DNA of 64,000 nt. Source: a bacterium. GTDB taxonomy: Bacteria; Krumholzibacteriota; Krumholzibacteriia; G020349025. The DNA lies in contig JANLSU010000050.1 of NCBI GenBank assembly GCA_031362565.1, positions 17,588 through 81,587 on the forward strand, written 5' to 3'. The translations under genes and the position numbers were made by a program. Shown here in pieces: positions 27,564 to 38,356 of the stretch. How positions within the stretch are numbered: the first letter of the stretch is position 1; each line of letters starts with the position of its first letter. The notes beneath the pieces were generated by a model. It did not search any database and had not been told where the DNA came from. It saw only the letters and a program-made list of their open reading frames with translations.

Positions 27564-29720
27564 ATGTTCGACGCAAAGGTTCCATTGGGCGCGATCGGCG
27601 CGGCACTCGGCCGCGCATGGCGGCGGCGGTCCGGCAAACTGATGGCCGTGTGCCTCGTGTTGGCGGTCTGGCGGCCGTTTTTCGCCGCCATTCCAGCCGT
27701 GTTCTACGGCATCCCAGCCGTCCGCGCCCTCATGCGGCGGCTGCTCTATTCGGTACGCGCCAAGCTCGCGGCATTCTATGTCTACGCCGCCGTGCTGCCC
27801 ATTCTCATCGTCGCCACCGTGTTGTTGTTCGCGGCATACATCGTTTTCGGCCAAACCAGCGCGCGTGTCGTGCAAGACCGCCTCGAACGGCACGTCGAGT
27901 GGGGCGAGGACAGTGTGCAACGCGCCGACCATGCCTACTGGCAAGCCCGCTCGCGCGGTTTGCCCCTTGCCCAAGCCGCACAAGCGGCGCTCGACGCCGG
28001 CTGGGGCGACGCGCCGCCGCAACTCACAGCTTGGGTTCGGACCGGCACGACCGTACTGGCGGTGCGTGGACAGCCGGGTCCCGGCGACATGAACGTGCCG
28101 GCGTGGCTCGACACTCTGCGGTTGCCGTTCGTAGGACTGACTGCCGTCGACTCGACGCATCTCGATTTGCGGACGCGTTTGCAAGTTCGGGATGGCGGCG
28201 CCATTCTCGAGATCGGCAGTACGCTGCCGATCGGCAGTGCGCTGCTGAACCGCGCCTTGCCGGGCCGTCACGCCGCTTTCCGCGGCGGAGTCGGCGCTCC
28301 GGAGCGCAGTCTCTACGAATTCGAATCGGTCGCCGACTCGGCCGTCCTGCGCGAGGGTGTCGTGGCGTTTTTTCGCGGCTCCGGTGATATCGGCAACGGG
28401 CCGGCTCATTTGCACTTCGACGATCCGGCCTGGCGGCGCGCCGCCCGGGACTCGCTGCGAAACATGACGTTTTCCTTCCGCGCCGCGATCGACAACGATG
28501 TTCCGATGCGTGCCGGTGCGGATTCACTGCCGGCGAATGCCACGGCTCTCGCGCCGTCCGGCCTGCGGTCGCGTTGGGGCCTGTTCAATTGGACGTACAT
28601 CGCCAACCCGGTCGACTGGCAGACCGGGCGGCCGCAATCCGTCGGCCCGCCGATCGCCATTCTCTTCACGATCGAAGGCACGGCGCGGGCGTTGCTCGCC
28701 ACCGGCTGGGCCGGCATCGAGAACTACGTCTTGATCGGCGTGCTCGTCGTGATCGTGTTCTTCATCTTGGTGCAAATGGTGGCGACTCTGCAGGGTTTCG
28801 TGTACGCCCGCGCCATAGCCAATTCGGTGTCACGGCTCGACGATGGCGTCCGCGCAATTCGCGCCGGCGACTTTGGCCAGCGCATCCAGCCGCACGAACG
28901 CGACCAGTTGGGCGGGCTGGCCATGGCGTTCAACGACATGTCCGAACGCCTGCAATCGCTGCTCGAGGAACGCGTCCATCACGAAGCTGTCGAACGCGAG
29001 CTGGCCATCGCGCGCGACGTGCAGGCGCGCCTTTTTCCGGCTCGCATGCCCTACGCGCCGTTCCTGGAGGCCGTCGGCATGTGCATGCCGGCGCGTGTCG
29101 TGAGCGGCGACTCCTACGATTTCGTCGAAGTTCCGGGGGGCTGGGATTCATTCGTGGCCGACGTGAGCGGCAAAGGGATGTCCGCCGCGCTGCTCATGGC
29201 GAGTCTGCATTCCGCCTTGCATGGCGCCTACATCGGCCAGCCGCGCGGCTACGCACCGGATCCCGCCGACGTGGTGACGCGTCTCAACCAACACTTGCAC
29301 CAATACGCGGAGCCGTCGCGGTTCGTGACGCTGTTCATGGCGCGCTATTGCGGCGACGGCAAGCTGATCTACTGTAATGCGGGACACAACCCGGCGGCGC
29401 TGGTGCGCGATGGCCGGGTGCAATGGTTGCAATCGGGCGGGCTCATGTTGGGGCCGTTTCCCGATTTGCAATACACGAACACCGTGGTTGCCGTGCAGCC
29501 GGGTGACGTGTTGTGCATGTATACCGACGGCGTCACCGAAGCGGAATCGCCGACCGGTGAACAGTTCGGCGACGAACGCCTGGCGCGGACGTTGCGCAAG
29601 GCCGCCGGGGCGCATCCGCGCGATGTCGCCGCGGCGCTGCAAGACGCAGTGCAGGATTGGCGGGCCGGCGGCGAACCTTTGGACGACGTGACGATCGTCG
29701 TACTGCGCATCATGGCTTGA
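27564..29720 (+). CDS. Membrane HAMP + SpoIIE/PP2C (RsbU-like) phosphatase
   Basis: TM helices, HAMP (GDF..RI...RDQLG.LA.AFN.M), ERELAIAR.VQ, VSGDSYD, ADVSGKG, NAGH, YTDGVTEA, DDVT. Confidence 0.9.
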   Translation: MFDAKVPLGAIGAALGRAWRRRSGKLMAVCLVLAVWRPFFAAIPAVFYGIPAVRALMRRLLYSVRAKLAAFYVYAAVLPILIVATVLLFAAYIVFGQTSARVVQDRLERHVEWGEDSVQRADHAYWQARSRGLPLAQAAQAALDAGWGDAPPQLTAWVRTGTTVLAVRGQPGPGDMNVPAWLDTLRLPFVGLTAVDSTHLDLRTRLQVRDGGAILEIGSTLPIGSALLNRALPGRHAAFRGGVGAPERSLYEFESVADSAVLREGVVAFFRGSGDIGNGPAHLHFDDPAWRRAARDSLRNMTFSFRAAIDNDVPMRAGADSLPANATALAPSGLRSRWGLFNWTYIANPVDWQTGRPQSVGPPIAILFTIEGTARALLATGWAGIENYVLIGVLVVIVFFILVQMVATLQGFVYARAIANSVSRLDDGVRAIRAGDFGQRIQPHERDQLGGLAMAFNDMSERLQSLLEERVHHEAVERELAIARDVQARLFPARMPYAPFLEAVGMCMPARVVSGDSYDFVEVPGGWDSFVADVSGKGMSAALLMASLHSALHGAYIGQPRGYAPDPADVVTRLNQHLHQYAEPSRFVTLFMARYCGDGKLIYCNAGHNPAALVRDGRVQWLQSGGLMLGPFPDLQYTNTVVAVQPGDVLCMYTDGVTEAESPTGEQFGDERLARTLRKAAGAHPRDVAAALQDAVQDWRAGGEPLDDVTIVVLRIMA

Positions 29721-30390
29721 CGCCGCGCGCCATGGCCGGATAGATGCGCGCCAGCCGGCGGGGCGATACGCCCACAACGTACAGCGTCAACAATGCGGCG
29801 TTGCGAAGTTGCCGGCGCAACACGCCCTGACTCTCGTAGCGCCTTGCCGACGCGATCACGGCGCCCGCCGCGCGGCCGATCGGCTTCCGGGCGCGCAATC
29901 GGGCCAGGAAATCCACATCTTCGAACAGCGGCCAGTCGGCGAATCCGCCCAAGAACTCGAAGGTCTCTCGCCGCACGAACAGTGCACCCTCTCCGAACGA
30001 CGTAAAACGCGTCTCGAAGCGCGACATCGCGCCGGCGAGCCGCAGCATCGGATGCCGGGAATCGTAGCGGATGGCGAAGATGCCGGCTTCGTGCCCGCCA
30101 GCGAATATCGCGTCGATTGCCGCCAGCGCATTCGGCGGCAGCCGGCAGTCGGCGTGCAGGAAGAGGAGCGCCGTCCCACGGGCGAGACGCGCCCCGGCAT
30201 TCATCTGCGGACCCCGGCCCGGCGGCGACGTGACGACGCGCGCACCGGCTGCATGTGCCGCGTCGGCGGTGCCGTCGTGACTGCCGCCATCGGCGACCAC
30301 GACGTCGATCGCTGGCGATAGCGTTCGTACATGCTCGATCGTGGCGGCAATGCGCGCCATTTCGTCGAGCGCCGGGATCACGACCGACAA
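29710..30390 (-). CDS. GT2 glycosyltransferase, TIGR04283 (rSAM/selenodomain-associated transferase 2)-like
   Basis: SVVIPALDE, DGGS.DGT, GRG.QMNAGA, LLFLHAD, FVRR..F..LGGF..PLFED, SARR. Start uncertain (TTG 30390 chosen; ORF open to 30558). Confidence 0.8.
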   Translation of the reverse strand: MSVVIPALDEMARIAATIEHVRTLSPAIDVVVADGGSHDGTADAAHAAGARVVTSPPGRGPQMNAGARLARGTALLFLHADCRLPPNALAAIDAIFAGGHEAGIFAIRYDSRHPMLRLAGAMSRFETRFTSFGEGALFVRRETFEFLGGFADWPLFEDVDFLARLRARKPIGRAAGAVIASARRYESQGVLRRQLRNAALLTLYVVGVSPRRLARIYPAMARGVKP

Positions 30391-30569
30391 CTCGGGGCAG
30401 GCGCGTGGATTGTGACTCGTCCGGTGCTCTGCTATGCTGCCGCGGCGCGCGGCCCGGTGGTGCGATTGCGTACGGCCTCCCCGGATTTCCAGTGTCGCGT
30501 TCGAACCGCAAGTTGTAACGAGCCCTGGCAGCGGGCGCAAGCCCCGCGGCCGAGCCACGGAAGCGAGTC

Positions 30570-31511
30570 ATGGCGCGAGTCGAGAAGATTCTGATTATCG
30601 GATCCGGTCCAGCAGGGTTGACCGCGGCGATTTACGCTGCACGGGCTAATCTGTCGCCCGTCGTCATCGAAGGCATGCAGCCCGGTGGCCAGCTGACGAT
30701 CACGACCGAAGTCGAAAATTATCCGGGTTTCACCGGCGGCATCATGGGTCCGGCGCTCATGCACGAGATGCGCGCCCAAGCCGAGCGTTTCGGCACGCGC
30801 ATCGTGCGCTATGACGCCCAACGCGTCGATCTGTCGCGGCGGCCGTTCTCGGTCTGGTCCGCGGACGACGAAGAGATTCAGTGCCATGCGCTCATTATCG
30901 CTTCGGGAGCCAGCGCCAAATTGCTGGGGATCGACAGCGAGTCGCGCCTCATGGGGTTCGGGGTGTCGGCGTGCGCCACGTGCGACGGGCCGTTCTTCCG
31001 GGATCGCGACATCGCGGTCGTGGGCGGCGGCGACACGGCGATGGAAGAGGCGAACTACCTCACCAAGTTCGCTCGCAAGGTGACGGTGATTCACCGGCGC
31101 GATTCCTTGCGCGCCTCGAAGATCATGCAGGAACGGGCCCTGAAAAATGCCAAGATCGAGTTCCAGTGGAATTCCGAAGTCACCGCGATTCTCGACCCCG
31201 AGACCAAAGAAGTGCACGGCGTGCGGCTGCGCAATCTGGTGAGCGGCGCGGAAAGCGACCTGGCGGTGCAGGGCGTGTTCATCGCCATCGGCCATCAACC
31301 GAATACGAAGTTGTTCGAGAAGCAACTCGCCATGAACGAGGCAGGATACCTGCATGTGAATCCGGGCACGACGCGCACCAGCGTCGAGGGTGTGTATGCG
31401 GCCGGCGACGTCGCGGATCACATCTACCGGCAAGCGGTCACCGCAGCCGGAACCGGCTGCATGGCGGCAATCGATGCGGAGCGCGACTTGGCGGTGCTCG
31501 GCATCGAGTGA
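30570..31511 (+). CDS. trxB: Thioredoxin-disulfide reductase
   Basis: [53 protein letters not shown]. Confidence 0.97.
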   Translation: MARVEKILIIGSGPAGLTAAIYAARANLSPVVIEGMQPGGQLTITTEVENYPGFTGGIMGPALMHEMRAQAERFGTRIVRYDAQRVDLSRRPFSVWSADDEEIQCHALIIASGASAKLLGIDSESRLMGFGVSACATCDGPFFRDRDIAVVGGGDTAMEEANYLTKFARKVTVIHRRDSLRASKIMQERALKNAKIEFQWNSEVTAILDPETKEVHGVRLRNLVSGAESDLAVQGVFIAIGHQPNTKLFEKQLAMNEAGYLHVNPGTTRTSVEGVYAAGDVADHIYRQAVTAAGTGCMAAIDAERDLAVLGIE

Positions 31512-31530
31512 GGGCGCGGCTACCGGGTCC

Positions 31531-31830
31531 TCAAGCGTGCCGCGGGCGCGCCAGCCGCACGAGCACCACGATCCCAGCCACCAGCAACGCGATGGGCGCG
31601 AGCGGCAAGAGGACCAGACTGGCCACCAAGCCCAGAATGACGGCCAGCCCGGCGAGGATGACGACCGGCAACACGACGGCGGTGCCCACAACCGTGAGCA
31701 GTGCGCCGAGCAGATGCACCGGCACGAGGACGATCGCCAGGGCGACCTTCGCGAGAATAAAAGCGCCCTTCGCGACCCCACCCAAGACGGCGAGCGCAAC
31801 GACGGCCGCCGCGCCCAAGATCCATTCCAT
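31531..31830 (-). CDS. Small hydrophobic membrane protein
   Basis: Nearly all hydrophobic, 99 aa; AGGAGG RBS. Confidence 0.7.
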   Translation of the reverse strand: MEWILGAAAVVALAVLGGVAKGAFILAKVALAIVLVPVHLLGALLTVVGTAVVLPVVILAGLAVILGLVASLVLLPLAPIALLVAGIVVLVRLARPRHA

Positions 31831-31903
31831 GAGGCCTCCTTATGAACGACGTTGAGAGTACGCAACCGGCCCGGCCGGGGTTTCAGCTACGGGAGGCCGG
31901 CGT

Positions 31904-32608
31904 TTGAAAAACCATCGCCGGCTGCTGCTCTTCGACATCGACGGCACCATGCTTACCTGCCAAGGCCGCGGGCTGAAGGCCATGCACCGGGTGGTGCAAG
32001 AACTCTGGGGGACGGCACCCGTCGAAGTGCAGATCCATCCCCACGGCAAGACCGACCCGATGCTGTTCGAGGAAGTCGGCGCGGCGTACGGCCTTTCGGC
32101 GGCCGACATCGGCGGCCGCAATGCCGATCTGCAACAGGCGTATGCCAAGGCGTTGGCCGGCGAGCTGCGTACCCCGGGGGTATGCGTCGTGAAACCCGGC
32201 GTGACGGCGCTTCTCGGGACGCTCGGCGAACGGCCGGGTGCGACGCTCGGCCTGGTGAGCGGCAATCTCGAATCGACGGCGTGGCTGAAGCTCGAGAACG
32301 CCAACCTCGCCGGTTTCTTCGCCGGCGGCGCCTTCGGATCGGACGGGCGGCGCCGGGCGGATCTTGTCGCGCTGGCCATCGAGCGGTTTGCGATTCGCAC
32401 TGGTGCGGGCTTCGCGGCGCGCGATGTGTGGGTCATCGGCGACACGCCGGACGACGTTGCCGGGGGGCGCGCCCATGGGACGCGCACCCTCGCGGTTGCT
32501 ACCGGCAGTTTCTCGCGCGCCGAACTCGAGCGTTGCAGCCCCGATGTCGTGTTCGACAACTTCGCCGACACCGCAATCGTGGTGGACGCTTTGTGTCGCA
32601 ACGTGTGA
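31904..32608 (+). CDS. HAD-superfamily hydrolase (phosphoglycolate phosphatase-like)
   Basis: LLFDIDGT, GKTD, LVSGN, FGSD, IGDTP.D; TTG start with GGAGG RBS. Confidence 0.88.
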   Translation: MKNHRRLLLFDIDGTMLTCQGRGLKAMHRVVQELWGTAPVEVQIHPHGKTDPMLFEEVGAAYGLSAADIGGRNADLQQAYAKALAGELRTPGVCVVKPGVTALLGTLGERPGATLGLVSGNLESTAWLKLENANLAGFFAGGAFGSDGRRRADLVALAIERFAIRTGAGFAARDVWVIGDTPDDVAGGRAHGTRTLAVATGSFSRAELERCSPDVVFDNFADTAIVVDALCRNV

Positions 32609-32784
32609 CGGAGCGCGCACCGCACCCCGCACCGGGCCCTGGTGGCGCGCAGTGGCGCGCGTTGGCGCGCCACTTGCGGCTGCCTTGACGGTGCGGAGCG
32701 TGTTCCTTAGCATTTGAACCCGTCCGCGGCGATCCCCGATTTCACGGCCGCATCGCGGCCGAGCGCACCTCGAGAGGAGAGGGC

Positions 32785-33234
32785 ATGGCAAGCGTCAACA
32801 AAGTGATCCTGGTCGGCAATCTTGGAGCCGATCCAGAATTGCGGTACACGAACACGGGTACGGCCGTGGCGAATTTCCGCATCGCGACCAACGACCAGTG
32901 GACCGACAAGAACGGTGAGAAACAGGAACGCGCCGAATGGCACCAGATCGTCGCTTGGGGCAAGCTGGGCGAGATCTGCGGCAAGTACCTCAAGAAGGGC
33001 CGGCCGGTGTACGTCGAAGGCCGCCTGCAGACGCGGTCGTGGGAAGACCAGCAAGGCAACAAGCGCTATACGACCGAAATCGTCGCGCAGACCATGCAGA
33101 TGCTCGGCCGTCCCGGTGAGGGCGCGGGCGAGGCGCCGGAAGGCGGCTGGGAGCCGCGCAGCCAGGCCCCGCAGCACGACGAGGACGTCGCCGTTGCGCC
33201 GGCCGGAAATTCCGACGACGATTTGCCGTTCTGA
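32785..33234 (+). CDS. ssb: Single-stranded DNA-binding protein
   Basis: [33 protein letters not shown]-terminal DDDLPF. Confidence 0.98.
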   Translation: MASVNKVILVGNLGADPELRYTNTGTAVANFRIATNDQWTDKNGEKQERAEWHQIVAWGKLGEICGKYLKKGRPVYVEGRLQTRSWEDQQGNKRYTTEIVAQTMQMLGRPGEGAGEAPEGGWEPRSQAPQHDEDVAVAPAGNSDDDLPF

Positions 33235-33291
33235 GCGCCGGATCGTTCGACGCCGGAGACCTTCATCCGGGCCGCGTTTCCGGGCGGTTGC

Positions 33292-33320
33292 TTGACAGCC
33301 ATCGGACGCCGTGATAGCTT
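33292..33320 (+). promoter_or_regulatory. Sigma70-type promoter for tRNA-Lys
   Basis: TTGACA-N17-TAGCTT with TG extended -10, 37 nt upstream of the tRNA. Confidence 0.65.
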
Positions 33321-33357
33321 CCGCCGCCGTCGTCGAACGATTTCGTACGCCTTGGTT

Positions 33358-33433
<76 letters not shown>

Positions 33434-33512
33434 CTTTTCCCTTCTTTCGAACTCCTGCCCTGATCCCATTAGGAAGCAGGAACCCAGCGCACCGAAATTC
33501 CGGAGTCCGGCG

Positions 33513-34160
33513 ATGAAGCGTTCCTGGATCGTTCCCGCCGCCATCGTGCTGGCGATCGTCGTCGCCATCGTGGCGCTCGTCGCCCGCCGGGGTGGCCCGG
33601 GTACGGCGCAGCCGGCCTCGGGAACGGGCACGCAGACGATTGCCACGCGTGTCTATTCGGATGACTCACTGGGTATCCGACTCCGTATCCCGGAATCGCC
33701 GGGCTGGACGCTCGAACGGGATCTTGGCGTGCGGCCCGATGGCCGCGTTGTCACCGCCAACCACGCCAGCGGGCTGGCGACGGCGCGGGTTTTCGTTCTC
33801 CCAACCACTCCGGCAACGAATATCGACGCGATCCTGGAGGCGCGCAAGAAGGAGATCGCGGTCGCCTTCGGTGTCGACGATCTCGACAAAGCCGTTGCCG
33901 GTACGGTGCGCGACGAGCGCAAAGACATCAACGGCCATACCTTCCGGCAGTGGCAAGCTGTGACCCAGCCGGTCGTGGCGCCCGGCGAGAAGTCCTCCCG
34001 TCTGGTATTCCTCTGGCTCGGGACGGTCACTCCGGGGCACAGCCTCGAGTGCCTCGGCATCGTCCGCTACCACGACCTGCCGACGCCCGAGGAACAGCAA
34101 ACCACCGACGCTCTCCTGCGCGACGCCAGCTACGTCATGCAGTCCTTCGAAGTCCGCTGA
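33513..34160 (+). CDS. Hypothetical protein with N-terminal membrane anchor
   Basis: Hydrophobic N-terminal helix, GGAG RBS, typical GC3 bias. Confidence 0.7.
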   Translation: MKRSWIVPAAIVLAIVVAIVALVARRGGPGTAQPASGTGTQTIATRVYSDDSLGIRLRIPESPGWTLERDLGVRPDGRVVTANHASGLATARVFVLPTTPATNIDAILEARKKEIAVAFGVDDLDKAVAGTVRDERKDINGHTFRQWQAVTQPVVAPGEKSSRLVFLWLGTVTPGHSLECLGIVRYHDLPTPEEQQTTDALLRDASYVMQSFEVR

Positions 34161-34276
34161 TCCCTGGCGCGGTCGTGCCCCAAAAGGCCCCATGATGGCT
34201 TCGTCTTGTGGCGGCCGGCGCGCTGGCGTATGGTTGACCGAACCGCAGCACCGGAGCGGGCACTCCATTCCGAGAT

Positions 34277-34638
34277 GGGGGCGAACGGTTTCGACGGGGT
34301 CACGGAATCCCTGGATGCGTGCCGAGGTCCACTGGCTCGTTAAACAAGTGGAAAAAGACAGCTGACAACCAGCTGCAACTCGCTGCCTAATCTGAACTAA
34401 GTTCAGATGTAGGTGCCGTCGGCTCCGTTCGCGCCCGCAGGGGTGGAGTACCGGCGTTATATTCTGCAGGCTGGCCGAAGGCTGCGTCCCGAAGCCGACG
34501 GCGAGATTTCAGGGACTGGTGACGTGGACATCCTGCTCGGTGGAGTTCCACGGCATGAGATCAAATACCGAGACACGCACGTAGACTCCTTGGAGGATGG
34601 ATCTCCGGACGCGGGTTCGATTCCCGCCGCCTCCACCA
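34277..34638 (+). ncRNA. ssrA: tmRNA; tag peptide (A)ADNQLQLAA
   Basis: 5' GGGGGCG..TTCGACGGG, 3' GCGGGTTCGATTCCCGCCGCCTCCACCA; tag reading frame 34361-34390 ends LAA-TAA. Confidence 0.96.
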
Positions 34639-34641
34639 CAT

Positions 34642-34684
34642 CGCGCTCCCTCGCGCCCGGCGTGGGGGAGCGCGTTCGCTTTTC
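34642..34684 (+). terminator. Terminator downstream of tmRNA
   Basis: CGCGCTCCC...GGGAGCGCG stem followed by TTCGCTTTT. Confidence 0.65.
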
Positions 34685-34732
34685 GGCGCCGGTCGCTTTA
34701 CGCGGCGCGGCGTCGATGCTACGGTGACGCGC

Positions 34733-35413
34733 ATGCACGCTCCGACACAAGAAAAACCGGGCATGGGCTGGATCGAAGTGATCGCCGGCAGCATGTTCAG
34801 CGGCAAGAGCGAAGAGCTGATCCGCCGCTTGAAGCGGGCGCGCATCGCGCGCCAAAACGTCCAGGTCTTCAAGCCGGCGATCGACAACCGCTACTCGGCC
34901 GATGACGTGGTCTCGCACAACGACCAGCGCCTGCCGTCGGAACTCGTCACCTCGGCGCGCGAGATTCTGGAACGCTTGGCGCCCGACACCCAGGTCGTCG
35001 GCATCGACGAAGCCCAGTTCCTCGACGCGGATCTGCTCGATGTCTGTGACCGGTTGGCGAATGCCGGGGTGCGGGTGGTGGTGGCGGGCCTCGATCAGGA
35101 CTACCGGGGGCGGCCTTTCGAGCCGATGCCCCAGCTCCTCGCGGTGGCCGAGTACATCACCAAAATGCGGGCCATCTGCATGCGTTGCGGCGAACCGGCG
35201 CTGCGGTCCCAGCGCCTCGGCCAAAGCACCGAGCGGGTCGTCGTCGGTGCCGCAGAGACCTACGAACCCCGATGCCGGGCCTGTTTCGAGGACCCGGAAC
35301 GGCCCGAGCCGCCGCTCTTCGGGCCGGTTCCCGATGCCATCCGGCCGCACGGCGCCGAGGCGGCGACCGACGCCGAGGTGCGCATTGCCTCCTCTCCACA
35401 CCCGCCACTATAG
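34733..35413 (+). CDS. tdk: Thymidine kinase
   Basis: G.MFSGKS.ELIRR, FKP.IDNRY, IDEAQF, AGLD.DY, C..C, YEPRCR.C. Confidence 0.96.
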   Translation: MHAPTQEKPGMGWIEVIAGSMFSGKSEELIRRLKRARIARQNVQVFKPAIDNRYSADDVVSHNDQRLPSELVTSAREILERLAPDTQVVGIDEAQFLDADLLDVCDRLANAGVRVVVAGLDQDYRGRPFEPMPQLLAVAEYITKMRAICMRCGEPALRSQRLGQSTERVVVGAAETYEPRCRACFEDPERPEPPLFGPVPDAIRPHGAEAATDAEVRIASSPHPPL

Positions 35414-35457
35414 TGGTGCGCCCTCCCGACCCGGCGCCCGTGTCGGGAGGTGGCGGA

Positions 35458-36126
35458 ATGGCAAGCCTCGCCGACAATCTGGCGCGGGTGCGTGAACGCA
35501 TCGCGCGCGCCGTCGAGTGCGCCGGCCGCGACGCCGGCTCGGTGACTCTCGTGGCCGTGACCAAGGGGCATGGCGGCGAAGCGGTTCGCGCGCTGTGGGA
35601 ATTGGGCGAACGCGAGTTCGGCGAGAATCGCGTCCAGGAAGCGTTGCCCAAGATGATGGCACCGCTCGCTGGGGCGCATTGGCATTTGATCGGGCACTTG
35701 CAGGAGAACAAGATCAACAAGATCCTCCCGCACGTGCACTGGATTCAGTCGATCGACTCGCTGGAGTTGGCGCGTGCGGTCGCGGCGCGCGCCGCGCACT
35801 TGGGCCGTTCGGTGCCGGTGTTGCTCGAGGTGAAGACCTCACCCGAGCCGACGAAGCACGGCATCGCGCCGGATGCGATCGTCGATGCCGCCGGCCTCGT
35901 CGCCGGCCTGCCGCATCTCGAGCTGCGCGGTCTGATGACCATCGCGGCGTTGAATGCGGACGAGCGGGAGTCGCGGCGGTCGTTCGCCGCGGTACGGGCA
36001 TTGGGCGAGCGTCTCGATCTCGGGTTCGCGCCTGTCTTGTCGATGGGCATGAGCGACGACTTCGAGATCGCGATCGACGAAGGTTCGACGATGGTGCGCG
36101 TCGGGCGCGCGCTGTTGGATCGCTGA
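35458..36126 (+). CDS. yggS: PLP homeostasis protein YggS
   Basis: LVAVTK, FGENRVQE, WHLIGHLQ.NK, GLMTI, LSMGMS.DF, GST.VRVG. Confidence 0.95.
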   Translation: MASLADNLARVRERIARAVECAGRDAGSVTLVAVTKGHGGEAVRALWELGEREFGENRVQEALPKMMAPLAGAHWHLIGHLQENKINKILPHVHWIQSIDSLELARAVAARAAHLGRSVPVLLEVKTSPEPTKHGIAPDAIVDAAGLVAGLPHLELRGLMTIAALNADERESRRSFAAVRALGERLDLGFAPVLSMGMSDDFEIAIDEGSTMVRVGRALLDR

Positions 36127-36160
36127 GGCGGGGCCGCACTTTGGCCCGTGGAGGTACGTG

Positions 36161-37060
36161 ATGCGTCTGACACCGCTCGACATCCGCGAGCAGCAGTTCC
36201 GCCGCGTGATGCGTGGGCTCGATCCGGAAGAGGTCGAGACGTTTCTCGCGACCGTCGCCGGGGAATTCGAACAACTGGTGACCGGCCAGAACGAGATGCG
36301 CCAGCGGGTGGTGGAACTCGAGGACAAGATCCAAGAGTACCGCAGCATGGAGAAGGCGCTGCGCGACACGTTGCTGACCGCCGAAAAGGTCATGGGCGAT
36401 GCGAAGGAAAGCGCCCAGCGCGAGGCGACGCTCATCATCCGTGAAGCGGAAGTCGCGGCCCAGCGCAGCAAGGGCCGCCTGCAGCAGGAACTCTCGCAAC
36501 TGCAGCATGACATCGGTGAAATGCGCCGCGCCAAGGACGGCTATCTCACCCGGGTGCGGTGGTTGTTGCGCAGCCATCTCGAAATGGTGGAAGGCCAGGG
36601 CCAGGAGTTCGCCGAAATGGATCAAGGGTTGGGGATGACGCCGGGTCTGCCGCAGCAGGCGAGCGCCCCACCGGCCGCCGCGTATACGCTGCCGCCGGCT
36701 TATCCGCCGCCGCCGCCAGGCCCCGCGCCGGTATACGCGCCGGCCGCGCCGGCGCCTCCGCCCCATGCGACGCGCGACGATCTGGGTGACGCATTGCGGC
36801 CGATCGCGCCGGACGGCACCTATGCGGCACCCGGCTTTGGCCCCCTGCCGCCCACCTATGCGGCGCCTGCCAACGCGCCCGCCGCACCGGCGTCACGTGC
36901 CGCCACTTCGGCTGAAGAACTCACTCAGGCAGCGCGCCGCGCCGAGCGTCTGGCCGCCGAAGCGCGGGCGGCGCTCGAACGCCACGCGAGCGCGCCGCAA
37001 AATCCCGCCGGCGCATGGAGTGTCGACCGCTTTCGCGAGGATCCGGGCGCGCGCCCCTGA
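36161..37060 (+). CDS. DivIVA domain protein with Pro/Ala-rich C-terminal tail
   Basis: LTPLDIR.Q.F....RG.D.EEV..FL followed by a coiled coil. Confidence 0.9.
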   Translation: MRLTPLDIREQQFRRVMRGLDPEEVETFLATVAGEFEQLVTGQNEMRQRVVELEDKIQEYRSMEKALRDTLLTAEKVMGDAKESAQREATLIIREAEVAAQRSKGRLQQELSQLQHDIGEMRRAKDGYLTRVRWLLRSHLEMVEGQGQEFAEMDQGLGMTPGLPQQASAPPAAAYTLPPAYPPPPPGPAPVYAPAAPAPPPHATRDDLGDALRPIAPDGTYAAPGFGPLPPTYAAPANAPAAPASRAATSAEELTQAARRAERLAAEARAALERHASAPQNPAGAWSVDRFREDPGARP

Positions 37061-37087
37061 TCCCCTAAGGGTCCGCAAGGGAGAACG

Positions 37088-37930
37088 ATGCCAGCGAACG
37101 AAACGCCGCTCTACGAGCGCATCCAGGAAACGAGCGCGTTTCTGCGCGGCCGTTCGCGCCTGACACCGCGTTTCGGGCTGATCTTGGGCACCGGGCTCGG
37201 CGGGCTCGCGGACCAGATCGAGGATCCCGTCGCGATTGCCTATCGCGACATTCCAAATTTCGTGCCTTCGACCGCCGAAAGCCACGCCGGCAACTTGGTG
37301 TTCGGCAGCCTCGGCGGCGTCGACGTCGTGGCGATGCAGGGACGCGTGCACTATTACGAGGGCTACTCGATGGCGCAGGTCACGTTCCCGGTGCGGGTGA
37401 TGAAGGCGCTCGGCGTCGATTCACTCGTGGTGTCGAATGCCGCCGGCGGGATGAATCCGCACATGCGGGCCGGCGATTTGGTGGCAATCGTCGATCACAT
37501 CAACCTGATGGGCGACAATCCGCTCCGCGGTCCGAACGACGAACGCCTCGGCGACCGGTTTCCCGATATGTCGGAACCCTACGATCGCACCTATCTGCGG
37601 CGCATCGAAGCCATTGCCCTCGATCAGCACGTGCAACTGCACCGCGGGGTGTTCGTGGCAGTGGCCGGTCCCAACCTCGAAACCGCGGCGGAGTACCGTT
37701 TCTTGCGCGCCATCGGCGCCGATGTCGTCGGCATGTCGCTCATTCCGGAGAGCATCGTCGCGGCGCATTCGGGAATGCGGGTGCTGGCGCTCACCGTGGT
37801 GACCGATGAATGCTTTCCGGACCGTCTCGAGCGGGCCGATGTCGCCAAGATCATTCGAATTGCCAACGAAGCGGAGCCGCTGCTGGCGCGGCTCGTGGTC
37901 GAATTCCTGCGGCGCGCCGATTCCGTTTGA
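37088..37930 (+). CDS. punA: Purine nucleoside phosphorylase (trimeric type)
   Basis: ILGTGLG, IP.F..ST..H.G, QGR.H.YEGY, NAAGG, GPN, GPNLET.AE, VGMS..PE. Confidence 0.93.
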   Translation: MPANETPLYERIQETSAFLRGRSRLTPRFGLILGTGLGGLADQIEDPVAIAYRDIPNFVPSTAESHAGNLVFGSLGGVDVVAMQGRVHYYEGYSMAQVTFPVRVMKALGVDSLVVSNAAGGMNPHMRAGDLVAIVDHINLMGDNPLRGPNDERLGDRFPDMSEPYDRTYLRRIEAIALDQHVQLHRGVFVAVAGPNLETAAEYRFLRAIGADVVGMSLIPESIVAAHSGMRVLALTVVTDECFPDRLERADVAKIIRIANEAEPLLARLVVEFLRRADSV

Positions 37931-37972
37931 CGGACGTGCGCTTGGGTGATCTGTCGTTCCGAAGGAGGGCGC

Positions 37973-38356
37973 GTGGAGCGCAAGGATCTCGAACTCATGA
38001 AGGTAAAGTTGCTCGAGGAGCGTGAGCGTTTGGTGGCCGACCTCGCGTCGCTCGAAGAGACCACCGCCTCGACATCGCGCGATGCCTCGGGCGATCTGTC
38101 CAGTTACTCGAGCCACATGGCGGACATGGGCAGCGACTCGATGGAGCGCGAGAAGGCGTTCATGTTCGCCAGCGTCAAACGCCGCCGCTTGGATGAAATT
38201 ACGTTGGCTCTGACCCGGGTGGACGCCGGCACCTTCGGCATCTGCGAGACCTGCGCCAATCCCATCCCCGCCAAGCGTCTCGAGCGCATGCCGGGTGCGT
38301 CGATGTGCGTCACGTGCAAGGAGAAGGACGAGAAAGAGCAGGGCACTTCAGCTTGA
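37973..38356 (+). CDS. TraR/DksA family C4 zinc-finger protein
   Basis: HMADMG.D, AL.R...GTFGICE.C..I..RL...P....C..C; AAGGAGG RBS before GTG. Confidence 0.92.
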   Translation: MERKDLELMKVKLLEERERLVADLASLEETTASTSRDASGDLSSYSSHMADMGSDSMEREKAFMFASVKRRRLDEITLALTRVDAGTFGICETCANPIPAKRLERMPGASMCVTCKEKDEKEQGTSA

